Source of the DNA: Adineta vaga
Taxonomy: Eukaryota; Animalia; Rotifera
Assembly (NCBI GenBank): GCA_021613535.1
Contig: CP075495.1
Coordinates: 868,001-932,000, forward strand
Length of the DNA: 64,000 bases
Direction of reading: 5' to 3'
Shown here: positions 24,769 through 37,449 of the stretch, one piece after another
Layout: each line of letters begins with the position of its first letter
How positions within the stretch are numbered: the first letter of the stretch is position 1
Notes under the pieces: generated by a model
Databases searched by the model: none
Told to the model about the DNA's origin: nothing
Seen by the model: only the letters and a program-made list of their open reading frames with translations
Translations under genes and position numbers: made by a program

Positions 24769-26035
24769 TCTTTTTGTTTTAAATCGATATTTCTTTCTTG
24801 ACAAACCTAATATTTATCTGTATAAATTAAGACAAATGTCTTCAGTCAGTAGGTAACATATGATATAGATATACCGCTTCGTTGGTCACAGTAGAAATGT
24901 ATGATTTGTATCAATGTCTGTATAATTTAAATGAATTTGACGCTCTTATTACTCAATAAAAAAGAACATATACGTTATTGATGATTTATATATCAATTTT
25001 TTTCTCTTTCCTTTTGATGGTCACCCTCAAGATAAATGTTTTTTTTCCAGTTCTCATGTATACTTCACCTTCATCAACACTATTGAATAGATGTTTCTTT
25101 CGTCTCATTGTTTTTTTTAATGTGCAATGAACACAAGGGGAGAAAGTACAGATCAGATCCCCGCACTTTCCTCTTTGGTATGTGCACTTGAATTATGTAA
25201 ACAGATTTGCTATTTTACTTCGGCTTGAATTTCAGAATGAATAATAAAATCTTCTAAAATTATCCGAAATTATCTTCGAGAGATGGAACATACAAGCATT
25301 ACTCTTTACTATATATAGAGTCATATTTGCGGCCGTTTTTACTTTTGCCCACACCCAACTTCACAGCATCAACAAAGAGGAATAAGTCTTATTTAGAGAG
25401 AATGATGTATTTTGTGTAACTTCTCTTACTTTCATAGTAGCGTTTGTAAAGGATGTCATTTTGGGTTGTCGGTCGAAGAAATAGGAAAATATGAATTGAC
25501 ATCAATGGTAAAAGATCGATATAAGATTTCCCAGATGCGCCCTCATTCAAAACCCTGTGCGAAATCAATGACATCTTCAAAGTTTTGTAAACGATAAAAG
25601 CACATTTTATACAGCTATCGAACCTGTCTTTGCATCAGTTATCTTATGCCATAATCTTCATTTTTCCAAGTTAATGTTCATTAACATTATTTTGAAGTCT
25701 CAAAAGTTTCGTTTTGTTATTCATTTCAAGAATAGAAATAAGTGCACAACAAAAAAATACTTTTTTTCCGTTCTTATTGGTTACTACCGAAATGCTTCCA
25801 TTATATTGTGAAGAGAGGCAAACACTTATAATTATATGGCAAAAGAGTTTTTTTTTTGTTCTTTCAAAAACATTCCCCGTTGAAAAATATAAAAAGGCTG
25901 AAACAAACAGATTCCTTATTTTATTCGTTTTGCTTATTCTCCGAAAGAAGGTAAGAATGTTTGAATTTATAGGTTTTATTACGTGCCCCGTCAGTATAGG
26001 TTCTTTTTGCTAATATTCAAAACAATTCGATAGGT

Positions 26036-27759
26036 ATGGCAACATCCTATACGCCTAATTTAGCCAATTCGCGTTACACAGACTTTCGTGATGAACCCGT
26101 TTCGCGTTTGCTCGCCCCTATCAGTGGCTATCAAGATATGCCACAGGTTTCATTGGAAGAATCAGTCGAACCAGTCGCTGAACTATTCGATGAAATCAAT
26201 TCGTGTATTTGGGTTTCGAAAGAAAATTGCAAGAATCCAGCGGACGGTCTCACTCTAGACGAATCCGCTGCAATTCATTTATATACAATGCAATTTGGTA
26301 CAGATCCCTCGCTTTACCATGCGCTTAACGAAAAGTTACGTTCAGAAAACCGTCAGTCGCTAAAACCATGGTTTTCTTACTTGAAACTATTTCTAACGGC
26401 TCTTCACAAGCTTCCATCCCATAGTCAAACTGTTTGGCGAGGCGTTCGCGACGTAGATTTGAGCTCAAAATATCCTACTGGTACTAAATTCGCTTGGTGG
26501 TGTGTGAGTTCATGCACAATTAACATGGAAGTATTAGAATCGGAGAATTTCTTAGGAAAAACTGGTCTCCGAACATTATTTTCCATTGAATGTCAAAATG
26601 GAAAATATATTGCGCCTCATTCGTACTTCAAAGACAAAGAGAAAGAAATGGTTTTGATGCCTGGCTCTTATTTTGAAGTTGTTGGTCAACTACATCCTGC
26701 CAAAGATTTACATATTATTCACGTTAAAGAAATTCAACCGCCATTTCCACTCGTCAAACCACCATTCAAAAAAGAATCTTCAAGTATCGTTGCATTGAAT
26801 CTAGAATTTTAATTTTTTTAATATTCTATGTTTTCCTTCTTTATTTTAGGCAATCCACCAATTAAAAAAATTAATGACAATACAAATGCTAAACCAACAC
26901 CACCACCAGTTCCGCAAAGTGAGTACACGAAATATATGAATTTTATTCAACAGACTCTTTCGCTTACCCATTATAAAACTGTTAGAATTTATTCGTAGTT
27001 ATGAAATGCAGGAGTTTGTTGGGTTTTTCTTTCCGAATTTTCTCCTTAATAGTTCTAATGGTTCTCTTCTTTCGAATTATGAGAGCAGCAATTGAATGAA
27101 CAGTATTCGAGTCTTAAAAACTATTCAAGTCTTTGGATAGTATTTGTTATTAAGAAAACAAGTTATAGATACGTTTTATGTAGAACTAGATGAACCGACA
27201 ACGGTCACTTCTTTTCTATAGTTCAGTTTCGACCGTGTGGACGAGGACGAGTAATCTAATTAATAGCAATGACTTGTCTTTCTTTTCTGTGTCAGGCATT
27301 TTTTCAATTTATAGAAATGTAAAATGACTGCGTGTTTACCAATGAGCGATAATATATTTGCGTTTTATAACGAATTACTTCTATAATACAAAATAGATAT
27401 TTTAATTGAGAAGCAGTTTTAGTATAGCATACTTTTATCTAGAAGTTGTTCCACCACCTGCACCGAAAATCGTACCACCATCACCGCCGGCAACACAAAA
27501 GAAAGCTAAATATTGTGGTGGCAATGCTTGCTCAAAATGTGGATTATGCATTGATTGGAGTTATGATGGCGATTTGGCTCGTGATTATGACCTTTGGATC
27601 AATGACAAATCTGATGACGTGCGTGATGGGAACCGTTGGCATCGTAGTCCTCATGCAACATGTGATCGTTATGCTGATCATGCTGATCATGATTATGATT
27701 ATTATCGTTATCATGCTGCTCATCATGCTCATCATGCTTTATGCAAGTGTCCAAGATAA
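26036..27759 (+). CDS. NAD:arginine ADP-ribosyltransferase-like protein with Pro-rich linker and Cys/His-rich tail (3 exons)
   Basis: Exons 26036-26783, 26850-26918, 27443-27759. ART motifs VWRG...VSSCT...EKEMVLMPG. Confidence 0.82.
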
Positions 27760-28786
27760 AATATTTTCCGAAGAATATTTTACTTTATTTTTCGTAACAT
27801 TATATGATTATTTTTAATGAATAAAGAGACGGAATATATGATTTTTGTATTATATCTAGAGACTTCATGGGGTAAAGTGTTGTTTTGCTTTTAATGCCGC
27901 ATACTATTCCTATGTTGTTATGTTTTAAGATGTTATTGCCGATTATTCTACTTTCAGGTAGTGTTTATAATCATTGATTTATTGATTGTTTAAAATTTAT
28001 ATAGATTGATGTGTATTCAGAGAAGTAGTAGATTAAAGGATTGAATTGAATTTATTTCTGTCTTGGCGTAATTCATTTGAAAATATCTTTATATTGTTCA
28101 CACGATTCTGATTGTTTTCAATCTAAATAAACTATGCGCATCTGTCTTTACAATTGAGGTACTGATTCGTCACTCACATTGAAGCATAGGTTCTAATAAC
28201 TTATTCAGCAAGCGCGAAGCATAAGACGATATGTATATTATTCATGAGATTTTGTTGATGATAATGGTAACTGTTATGAAAAATGGGATTATTTTTCCTC
28301 CGAAACATTTTTTTAATGTAGAATTAAGGGTGAACTGAAGAAAGATTTACAGTACCGTCAATGCTAAAGATTGATTTGTAACTACAAGAACGTCTTATTC
28401 TTCTCGAGTATGAAGAAAAAATACCGTAAATTCAATTACTACTGACAGGATCGGATTTTGACGGCTAGTCACAAGGTACGTCTTGTCAGACGTCCGTCTA
28501 TTGGACTGATAAATGTTATAGTTATTCGTCGTTCGCATGCCATGTTAGTTGATTCATTCAAGATTCATAACTATTTTAAAAACCTGTCAGATCTCCTTTT
28601 TTCTGCAGTTCTATCGAACAACTTCGATCAATATATCTTTTCATACCATTCGTCTCAATAGAAAACGGCCTTCAACTCTTCCTTTATCGTCTATGATTGT
28701 TTATTGACCGCAAAAAATCATCCTTAAACAAAATTCAAGAAATATTAGGGCAAATCTAGATATGTTCATGTTCATCGATAATCAAG

Positions 28787-29233
28787 TCATTTTTCATTTA
28801 TGGCTTTTTTTGGTGACTTTTGTATTGATACTGTTGCTGGCAAAGTTTGTAGAGATGTTGAAGGAACAAGCGATGGTGGAGTCATAGTTGTCCAAACAGT
28901 TGGATGAAGAAGTGTAGCTGTTGTTGCATGTGGATGAAATAATGTACCAAATTGAGTCGTTGTTGTCGTTGTTGTTCCTGTTGTTGGTTCAAATAATGGA
29001 TTTAGACGTGGTGCAGTCAGAGTTACATGATGAAATGATGGCTGGCGACTAAATGATGAGACATCAGTCAATGTATTTTCATCTTTATCGTTTTTCTTAA
29101 TCCATCGACGTCGTAAGGATGGAACAAGAAATAAAATAACAAACACAGTAAATGTAACCAAGAGAACAATACAAAAAGCAGCAACAATTGTATTTGTTAA
29201 TATAAGACTTTCAAATGTTTGTTGATTGATCAT
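28787..29233 (-). CDS. Small single-pass membrane protein with Thr/Pro-rich tail
   Basis: 148-aa ORF; hydrophobic helix followed by a basic RRRWIKK stop-transfer patch. Confidence 0.65.
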   Translation of the reverse strand: MINQQTFESLILTNTIVAAFCIVLLVTFTVFVILFLVPSLRRRWIKKNDKDENTLTDVSSFSRQPSFHHVTLTAPRLNPLFEPTTGTTTTTTTQFGTLFHPHATTATLLHPTVWTTMTPPSLVPSTSLQTLPATVSIQKSPKKAINEK

Positions 29234-29542
29234 TTTAAAATCGACTTCTCTTCAATTTGAACGAAATAAAAAGTGTTGATCGTTACATTGCAATGTCAAT
29301 GCATAAATTGTCTCTCGTTTTCTTTTCGTAAGATTACCAAGAAGATTATTCGAAGGATAGAATGTGTATAAACTATGTATACAAACCGATTGAAGAATGT
29401 AATTCAAACAAGGTCTAGTCGAAAGTTAATAGTTTAAACCTACCAACAATTTCCGTTCGAAATTAAAATTTCTTTTTCCAATTACTCAAATGAACCGAGT
29501 TCAATTTCCGTTCTTCATTCTCTCATACTCTAAACTTCTTTT

Positions 29543-29571
29543 TTCATTCATTCATTCATTCATTCATTCAT
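29543..29571. repeat. (TTCA)n microsatellite
   Basis: About seven tandem units just upstream of the 29616 ORF. Confidence 0.85.
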
Positions 29572-29615
29572 CGTGAACATTAAGTAAGAATATCTTTCTT
29601 ATCCGACGATCTATC

Positions 29616-30068
29616 ATGAATTTTTTTACAACATGTGAACTTCCATTACGAACTTATATTCAAACTCGAATCGCACATTTAGAAAATGCCCTAGAAGAAG
29701 AAGTACGAAATCGTGACAAAGTCGATATTGCATTACTTGAACAACAATTTGATCGTGAATCCGAGAATTTTATTGTTAGTATAACAAAACAAGTTCATCA
29801 AATTCGTGATGAAATCAAAACATATCGACCAACAAATATTACTGCACCTGATTATGAACAACAAATGATTCAATATCGACAATTTCTTCAAAGCTCATCA
29901 ATAAGTATCAATCGAATGAGCAGTTCTATTGATTCAATATTTGAACTTATCAAATCAATTATTAAAAATATCATTCAATGGATAACAAATAATGCACAAA
30001 CAATCATTCAAATTTTAGAACAAATTTGTCAAACATTTAAATTTATCGAATCATTTTTCAATCGCTAA
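29616..30068 (+). CDS. Uncharacterised helical protein with amphipathic C-terminus
   Basis: 150-aa ATG-initiated ORF with coding-like composition; AATAAA directly after the stop. Confidence 0.7.
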   Translation: MNFFTTCELPLRTYIQTRIAHLENALEEEVRNRDKVDIALLEQQFDRESENFIVSITKQVHQIRDEIKTYRPTNITAPDYEQQMIQYRQFLQSSSISINRMSSSIDSIFELIKSIIKNIIQWITNNAQTIIQILEQICQTFKFIESFFNR

Positions 30069-30345
30069 ATAAATAGTCTTTTTTTGTTGTTGTTGTTGTT
30101 GTCGTTTAATATCCAAGGTCAAAATCACCTTCCGGTGAGATTCCTTAATGAAAAGAACATTATCACGCAAGTTATTAATCGAAAAAAAATTTTAAATAAA
30201 CTATTGCACAAGATGAGTAGAAAAAATCATGATTCATGTGCTCTGACGACATTCGAAAAATATATCGATGACATGACGTCAAAAGAATCGTATGCATATT
30301 TTACCTATAAATAGCAGTGCATAGAGAAAAGAAAAACTATCGAAA

Positions 30346-31002
30346 ATGATGCATTACTTATCAGAAATTATTCGAAATCCATTACTTCCAATAGATTCAA
30401 ATTTTGATCGAATAGATTCTCAATGTTTTCAAATTAATTATAAAATTCATTCTGGTTTTACATTCGATGAAGAAATTCTTATAAAAAAAGCATTGATAAT
30501 CATTGCTGATCGATTTTGTCAAGAAGATATAATAGAAAATATGTACCGAATTTGTGGAACAACTGGTTGTTTATTTGCACCAAGTGTTTGGTCATGTTCA
30601 AAACTAGCAAATGAAAAAGATTATTGTGGTATACATAATTTATTACGTTTTCAATTGATGTGTTTGAAAGTCAAAGGTGAAAAACATCAATTTCCTATAA
30701 TACATCTTTATCCAATTTATGAAAAAACGGATACACAAGCAGAAGGAATTCTTGCATGTATATCATGTATTTCTCAAGGATCAACATTTTCAATTAAAGG
30801 AACATTTAATATAAAATTAAATCGTTATAATCTCGACGCAAAAAATGAACAAGTTGGAAATAGTATCTATTGGGCAGGAGTGATTGTACATGAAATGTTA
30901 CATAACTTAGGTCATAAACATCGAATTAATGATTATAGTGATCATTGGCAAATCAATGTTTTTGAAAAATGTTTTCTATATAATGGAAAATATTCACCAT
31001 GA
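30346..31002 (+). CDS. Zinc metallopeptidase (metzincin-type motif)
   Basis: HEMLHNLGHKH fits HExxHxxGxxH; intronless; TATA-like tataaat at about 30306; AATAAA after the stop. Confidence 0.8.
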   Translation: MMHYLSEIIRNPLLPIDSNFDRIDSQCFQINYKIHSGFTFDEEILIKKALIIIADRFCQEDIIENMYRICGTTGCLFAPSVWSCSKLANEKDYCGIHNLLRFQLMCLKVKGEKHQFPIIHLYPIYEKTDTQAEGILACISCISQGSTFSIKGTFNIKLNRYNLDAKNEQVGNSIYWAGVIVHEMLHNLGHKHRINDYSDHWQINVFEKCFLYNGKYSP

Positions 31003-31388
31003 CTAAATAAAATTGCGTATAGAATCTTGAATTTTATAAACGATCGTAACATATACACACATACTGATCAGGGAGATAGAGAGACAGATAGTGAAGAAAG
31101 AAAGAAAAAAAAAAGACACATGTTTGATCAAATATAGATCATATAATGATGTAGCTAGTGGTCAATCCTTTTGGTATAATATGGTTATGTTCGTCATATT
31201 AGAAGAGAAACTTCGGGATGATTGATATGACTATTTTGTTTGATTTTCAGTTGATCGCACATGTTGTATTCGAATAATGTCTTCGATATCGACTGTATTA
31301 GTGAAGAAGAAAAGAAAAGATAAATCATCAGTTTACGACAGATTGTATAGAGAAAGATAGAGACTATTATTCTTATTCATTCTAAAAG

Positions 31389-32408
31389 ATGACTGGCGCA
31401 ACTCTTGGAATGTCTGAAACTTATAATAAGAATTCTATTCCACAAAAAGTTGCTCTTCAATCATCATTTGATTTTATCGAAGAAGGTATCAATGCACTTG
31501 ACGTTTCAAATGTTAGTATTATTGCTGATTATGGTTCATCACAAGGAGCCAATTCGATCCAAGCAATGAGGAAAATTATCGACTGTCTTCAAAAACAAAA
31601 GAAATCGAAGATAGATCCACTTGTTATTCATAATGATCTTCCAACCAACGATTGGACATCGCTACATCGACTTCTCAATGAAGATAAAACATATCATGGT
31701 GTTGCAAGTGGTCGATCATTTTATGAACAATGTTTACCAACAAATTCAGTTGCAATTGGTTTTTGCTCAACGGCACTTCATTGGTTATCAAAGAAGCCAT
31801 GTAATATCCCAAATAATTATTCAGTTGATTGTCTACGAAATCCGAAAGCATATAAATTATTTCAACAACAAGCAAATATTGATTATTCAAATTTTCTTCA
31901 ACATCGTTCATCTGAATTAATGTCCGGTGGTATTCTTATTCTTGTTATGTTATGTTGCAATGCTGAAGGTAAATTAGGCTTTCAGTGTAATTTTGACCTT
32001 CTTTACAAGTGTGCTCAATTATTACCAATGACATCAAATGAATTAGATGATTTCTCAATTGCCGTATTTTTTCGTTCATATGAAGATTGTGTTGATGAGA
32101 AATTTTGTAAACAATATTCATTTGAATTAATCAATTCGAAAAGTGTTTTAATTCCATCACCAATTTATAAACAATGGGAAGAAAAACAAATTACAAATGA
32201 TGAATTTGCTCGTTTATATACAGAGTTTGTCCGTAGCTGGAATGAATCAATTGTTGAACAAACATTAATTAATAATGGTCGTCAACAAAAAGAAATTCCG
32301 GAATTATTGAATCGATTTTGGAATTCATATGAAGAAAAACTTCGAAACGAACCAGAGAAAGGACACAGTTCTGGCAATTATTCTTACATAATTTTGAAAA
32401 AAAGATAA
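31389..32408 (+). CDS. SABATH/Methyltransf_7 SAM-dependent carboxyl methyltransferase, copy 1
   Basis: IADYGSSQGANS, HNDLPTNDW, GRSFYEQCLP, STALHWLS. Confidence 0.9.
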   Translation: MTGATLGMSETYNKNSIPQKVALQSSFDFIEEGINALDVSNVSIIADYGSSQGANSIQAMRKIIDCLQKQKKSKIDPLVIHNDLPTNDWTSLHRLLNEDKTYHGVASGRSFYEQCLPTNSVAIGFCSTALHWLSKKPCNIPNNYSVDCLRNPKAYKLFQQQANIDYSNFLQHRSSELMSGGILILVMLCCNAEGKLGFQCNFDLLYKCAQLLPMTSNELDDFSIAVFFRSYEDCVDEKFCKQYSFELINSKSVLIPSPIYKQWEEKQITNDEFARLYTEFVRSWNESIVEQTLINNGRQQKEIPELLNRFWNSYEEKLRNEPEKGHSSGNYSYIILKKR

Positions 32409-32739
32409 ATATACAATTCTTACTGATTATTTCATGTGTTTGATTTAAGATTAGAAATATGAATTCAGTTCTTATATATATATTCGAAATCATTTCGATC
32501 TCGATGTTTAAATATAATACATTATTTTCTGCCACAATCTTTGAATTAGTGGAGAGAAAAAAACGATAACTTACATACATATTTGTTAGCTTCAATATTT
32601 ATTCTGTACAAATAGAAACTAATGTGTGAATTTTAATCATTCACAATAGACATCTTATCGGTAAGTAACATTTATCTATAAGAATATGATAAATTTTGAA
32701 CAAAAGGAAAAGATAAGAACTATTCATTAATTCACAAAT

Positions 32740-33738
32740 ATGTCTAAAACTTATAATAAGAATTCTATTCCACAAAATGTTGCTATTCAGTCATCATTTC
32801 AAGTCATCAAAGAAGCCGTCGACGCACTCGATGTCTTTTCTGTTACTATTATTGCTGATTATGGTTCATCACAAGGAGTCAATTCGATTCATGCAATGAA
32901 GAAAATTATTGATTGTCTTCGAAAACAAAAGAAATCGAAGATAGATCCACTTGTTATTCATAATGATCTTCCAACCAACGATTGGACATCGTTACATCGA
33001 CTTCTCAATGAAGATAAAACATATCATGGTGTTGCAAGTGGTCGATCATTCTATGAACAATGTCTTCCAACAAATTCTCTTTCAGTTGGTTATTCATCGA
33101 CAGCAATTCATTGGTTATCAAAGAAGCCATGTGATATTTCAAATCATTGTCGTGTTGATTTAATTCGAAATCCAAACGAATACGACGCATTTCGATAACA
33201 AGCATTTGTCGATTATTCAAATTTTCTTCAACATCGTTCATCTGAAATGATGTCCGGTGGTATTCTTATTCTCGTTATTTTAAGTTTAAATCAACAAGAC
33301 AAAGTCGGATGTGCAAATCTTTATGATCTTCTGTACAATTGTGCACAATTATTACCAATGACATCCGAATAATTAATTGATTATACAATTTCAGATTATT
33401 ATAGATCATATGAAGAATGTGTCGATGAAAAACTTTTCAATCAATATTCATTTCAGTTAATCAATTCGAGAATTACTTCAATTGAATCACCAATTTATAA
33501 ACAATGGAAAAATAAACAAATATCATTTGATCAATATATTTCTTCAACAACTTCATTCATTCGTGGATGGAGTGAATCAAATCTTGAACAAACATTAATT
33601 AATAATCGTCGAAAACATAAGGATATTTGTGAATTATTAAATCGATTTTGGAATTTATACGAAGAAAAAGTTCGAGAAAAACCGAATCTTGCTCATTTTT
33701 CTGAAGATTATGTATACGTTAATTTAAAAAAGAAATAA
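32740..33738 (+). pseudogene. SABATH methyltransferase copy 2 with two nonsense codons
   Basis: Full-length homology to copies 1 and 3. In-frame TAA at 33196-33198 and 33370-33372; natural stop at 33736-33738. Confidence 0.88.
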
Positions 33739-34241
33739 GTAGATATTTCACATATCAATAAGTACATGTCATTTATTATACTAAAGAAAAGAATATTATC
33801 TTATCATTCTGAGACGAATTCAAATAATTATGTTTCTGATTTTGATGATGTTGATGATGACATGTTTAACGCATAGATTTTCGATTCAATGAAATGATGT
33901 TTTTGGAAAGATGAGAACATAACAAATTTTATGCTGTGATTGAAAGTGCAGATAAGATCAAGCACACTTCTATATAATATGATATTCTATAGCGTATTTT
34001 TCGAACAAACAGTGGGCGGTAATGATTATACATTTTCTTTCACTATTTAAGCGATACAGAATACAATGACCTCTAAATCCGATCGATCCGAAAGAAAAAA
34101 AAGAAAAAAAAAGATAAGAAAACAAAATATCTCTCTATCTCTATATATATACCTCGCTGAAAATAATAGGTCATTATTTTATCAATAAAATAACATTTTC
34201 ATTCATCAAGATATTATTTATTAATTTATTTGAAAAAAAAA

Positions 34242-35258
34242 ATGTCGGGTATTACCCTTGGAATGTCCACAACTTATAATGCTAGTTCTACGCCACAAAA
34301 AGCTGCTATTCAATCATCATTTGATTTTATCGAAGAAGGTATCAATGCACTTGACGTTTCAAATGTTAGTATTATTGCTGATTATGGTTCATCACAAGGC
34401 GCCAATTCGATTCATGCAATGAAGAAAATTATTGATTGTCTTCGAAAACAAAAGAAATCGAAGATAGATCCACTTGTTATTCATAATGATCTTCCAACCA
34501 ACGATTGGACATCGTTACATCGACTTCTCAATGAAGATAAAACATATCATGGTGTTGCAAGTGGTCGATCATTCTATGAACAATGTCTTCCAACAAGTTC
34601 TGTTTCAGTTGGTTATTCATCAACAGCAATTCATTGGTTATCAAAGAAGCCATGTGATATTTCAAATCATTGTGCTATTGATCTCATTCGAAGTCCAAAA
34701 GAATACGAAGTATTCCGACAGCAATCATTCGTCGATTATTCAAATTTCCTCAAGAATCGCTCATCTGAATTAATATTTGGCGGTGTTCTTATTCTAACAA
34801 TGATATGTTCCAAAGAAGGTCGAGCAGAGAATAAAGAGCTTCACAATCTACTCTATGAATGTGCTCAATTACTTCCAATGACAACGAATGAATTGCAAGA
34901 TTTTACTTTACCAATATTTTTTCAATCGTACAAAGAAATCCTTGATGAGAATCTTTTCAAACAATATTCTTTTCAACTAATCAATTCGAAAATTGATTTA
35001 ATAGCATCACCAATATTCACGAAATGGAAAGATGAAGAAATTACAACAGATGAATTTATTCATGCTACTACTTCATTTGTTCGTAGTTGGAGTTTATCGA
35101 TTATTGAACAAACATTTATAAAGAATGGTCGAACACAGAATGAAATTCCTCAATTATTGAATGAATTTTGGAAGATATATGAGGATAAACTTCGAAGTCA
35201 ACCAGATATTGGACATAATTCTACTAGATATGCATATGTTGTGTTGAAAAAGCAATAA
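34242..35258 (+). CDS. SABATH methyltransferase, copy 3
   Basis: Same motifs as copy 1; intact ORF from ATG 34242. Confidence 0.9.
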   Translation: MSGITLGMSTTYNASSTPQKAAIQSSFDFIEEGINALDVSNVSIIADYGSSQGANSIHAMKKIIDCLRKQKKSKIDPLVIHNDLPTNDWTSLHRLLNEDKTYHGVASGRSFYEQCLPTSSVSVGYSSTAIHWLSKKPCDISNHCAIDLIRSPKEYEVFRQQSFVDYSNFLKNRSSELIFGGVLILTMICSKEGRAENKELHNLLYECAQLLPMTTNELQDFTLPIFFQSYKEILDENLFKQYSFQLINSKIDLIASPIFTKWKDEEITTDEFIHATTSFVRSWSLSIIEQTFIKNGRTQNEIPQLLNEFWKIYEDKLRSQPDIGHNSTRYAYVVLKKQ

Positions 35259-36126
35259 ATATTTTTATTCCAGAAATAAAACGTAGTTCTCATTTTGATG
35301 TGATGATTTAAATGTGGCTATTGATATATCTTGAGGGTGTGAGTGTGCGCGCAGGTCAGTGTCTCTATCCATGTTCACCAGCAGTTGCTATATAAATCTC
35401 AAGATATAATTAATGGAAAGACAAACAGATTACAATTGATAAATTCACTCGTTAAATGAATCAATAAAATTAAATAAATATATCAGTCTATAAGTTCGGT
35501 CATAGAAGAAGCTTTTTAAAAAGTGTCTCCTTACTGTAAATACTTGTATGTATGTATAGATACGAAACCGTATAACTAAGCCAATCATGAATGAACTAAC
35601 ACGAAGAAAACATGTACTCAAACACTAAATGTTTCAAAATCATAAGTCAGCAACAAAGAAAATAGAAGAAGTGTATGATTCCACAAACGATATTGTAACG
35701 AGCAATGAGAACTATAGTCTATGTTGAATATAAACTATATAGGAATAGTCACACGTGATAAAAGGAAAAGATCAATGAACGGGTCACATCGTTATAGATA
35801 TTTCAAAATTATATCAAATCGATTCGAAAGTGTCGAGAACGTTTTAGATCAGTTTCATTACTTTGACTGAAAAAGAAATAAGATCGATTTCCGGTGATTT
35901 TAAATTTCCATATATGTCGGTGTCAAATGTATTTCAATAAGAATACGATTTTTTCTAATTTCACATTCATCGAACCATATTTGTTCTTTTTCTCTGTTAG
36001 TCACGAAATGACGTTGAAGAAACAAATGAATTACTAATAACAATATAAGTAATTCAATTTTTTTCTATTCACATACATTTCATTTTTTCCTTTGTTGGAA
36101 TAAATTAGATTACGAAAAATAAACCA

Positions 36127-36703
36127 ATGCCACGAGTTATTACTACATCAATTCGACCATTCTCCGAAAGATCTTGTGGAAAGCTGGATCTTCCGCCTAC
36201 AAACAATCCTATTATTACCGTAAAAACTTCATATTGACTAAACTTCTTTATTGTTCTTGTCTTTATTAATTGAATAGTCATCAATATTGAGTGCACGAAA
36301 GCAAAGACATGAGGAACGTCAAAAACGAGTATTGAATAAATCAACGAGAGAAATTCCAATAGAATTTACCGTCAATAACAATGATCAAAGTCATTCATCG
36401 CCACCACCTCCAGTAGGAAAAAGATGACGATATGATTTATTTCTCTCTATTCAAATAGGTTATATCATCTGCAATAGTTCATCCAGCGTCCCTTAACGAA
36501 ATTTTACGTGAGAATAAAAAGTAAATGATATTTTGTCAAAAGTTTTCATCTAGATGATTGTTTTCTGTTAGATCGTATGATAAACGTAAGAAAAGGTATC
36601 GACGATGTTTATATGCTCTTGATTGCAATTATTTTGTATTGTTGGTCTTTTAGCAATTGGTGGAACTGTTTTCGATGCTTTGCAGAATGAGCAAATCTTC
36701 TAA
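36127..36703 (+). pseudogene. Truncated duplicate of exons 1-4 of the Hog-domain gene at 39085
   Basis: Exons and introns are near-identical to 39085-39660. The TM-coding exon 4 is frameshifted, and no mucin or Hog exons follow. Confidence 0.8.
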
Positions 36704-37449
36704 AATTGGTAATCTGATTCTAATTACTGTATTTTTTTTTTAGTTTCTCAAAATTTAAGTGATGAATTGAATGATTATGCCAGAATATATATATAATATT
36801 CCAGACACATATATCCGATCGACAAATGGATTTTTCGTAGAGAACGATCTTATAGGTTTTCCTGCTTTTGTAAATAAATTGTAATTATAATATGAAAATT
36901 TGATAGTAATTGTTTTATATTATCAATTGTATTTTCTAAACTATATATGAATTGCATTATTTTTCTTCAAGATGAAATATCTATATGCAACTATACTACA
37001 CACAGGAATAGATGGGAATAGTTTTATTTTGTTTACCATTGATTACAATTCAAAATTCTTCATATATATATGACTAATAAAGTCTAAATCTTTATACATA
37101 AAAAATAATGACTAGGAACACTTTTTAGAAATCGTCATTTATATTCGAAGTTGAATTAGACAGCCACTCTCTTTTATTCTGTTGTTTGTCGTGTACCGAT
37201 AAAAAAAAAGGTATTAACAACGGCAAAAACTCGTGCTGATATCTTATCTATTATACATTCTTTTTTTTCTCGTTTTTTTTTAATAATAGGGATGGAAGAA
37301 ATCGTACTCACTTATTTCGTTGATCGTCGATTTATATTGTTTTAAATTAAGTCGATAATAAAAAATCTTCGATTCGTAAGATTTATAAGTAATAATTATA
37401 TAAGATGAAAAATGATTTCAGATAAAATTAATTTGAAAAAGAAAAACAA

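Noticed and set aside
25133-25180. GC-richer imperfect hairpin (gggga...tcccc)
   Set aside because: The stem is short, with no Helitron CTRR end or recognisable RNA motif.
31621-34773. Repeated alternative-frame ORFs (MLFIMIFQ..., MNDVEENL...)
   Set aside because: These are shadows of the triplicated methyltransferase sequence.
35325-35408. 11-bp inverted repeat enclosing 62 nt, possible tiny MITE
   Set aside because: Short and AT-rich, with no second copy in the window.
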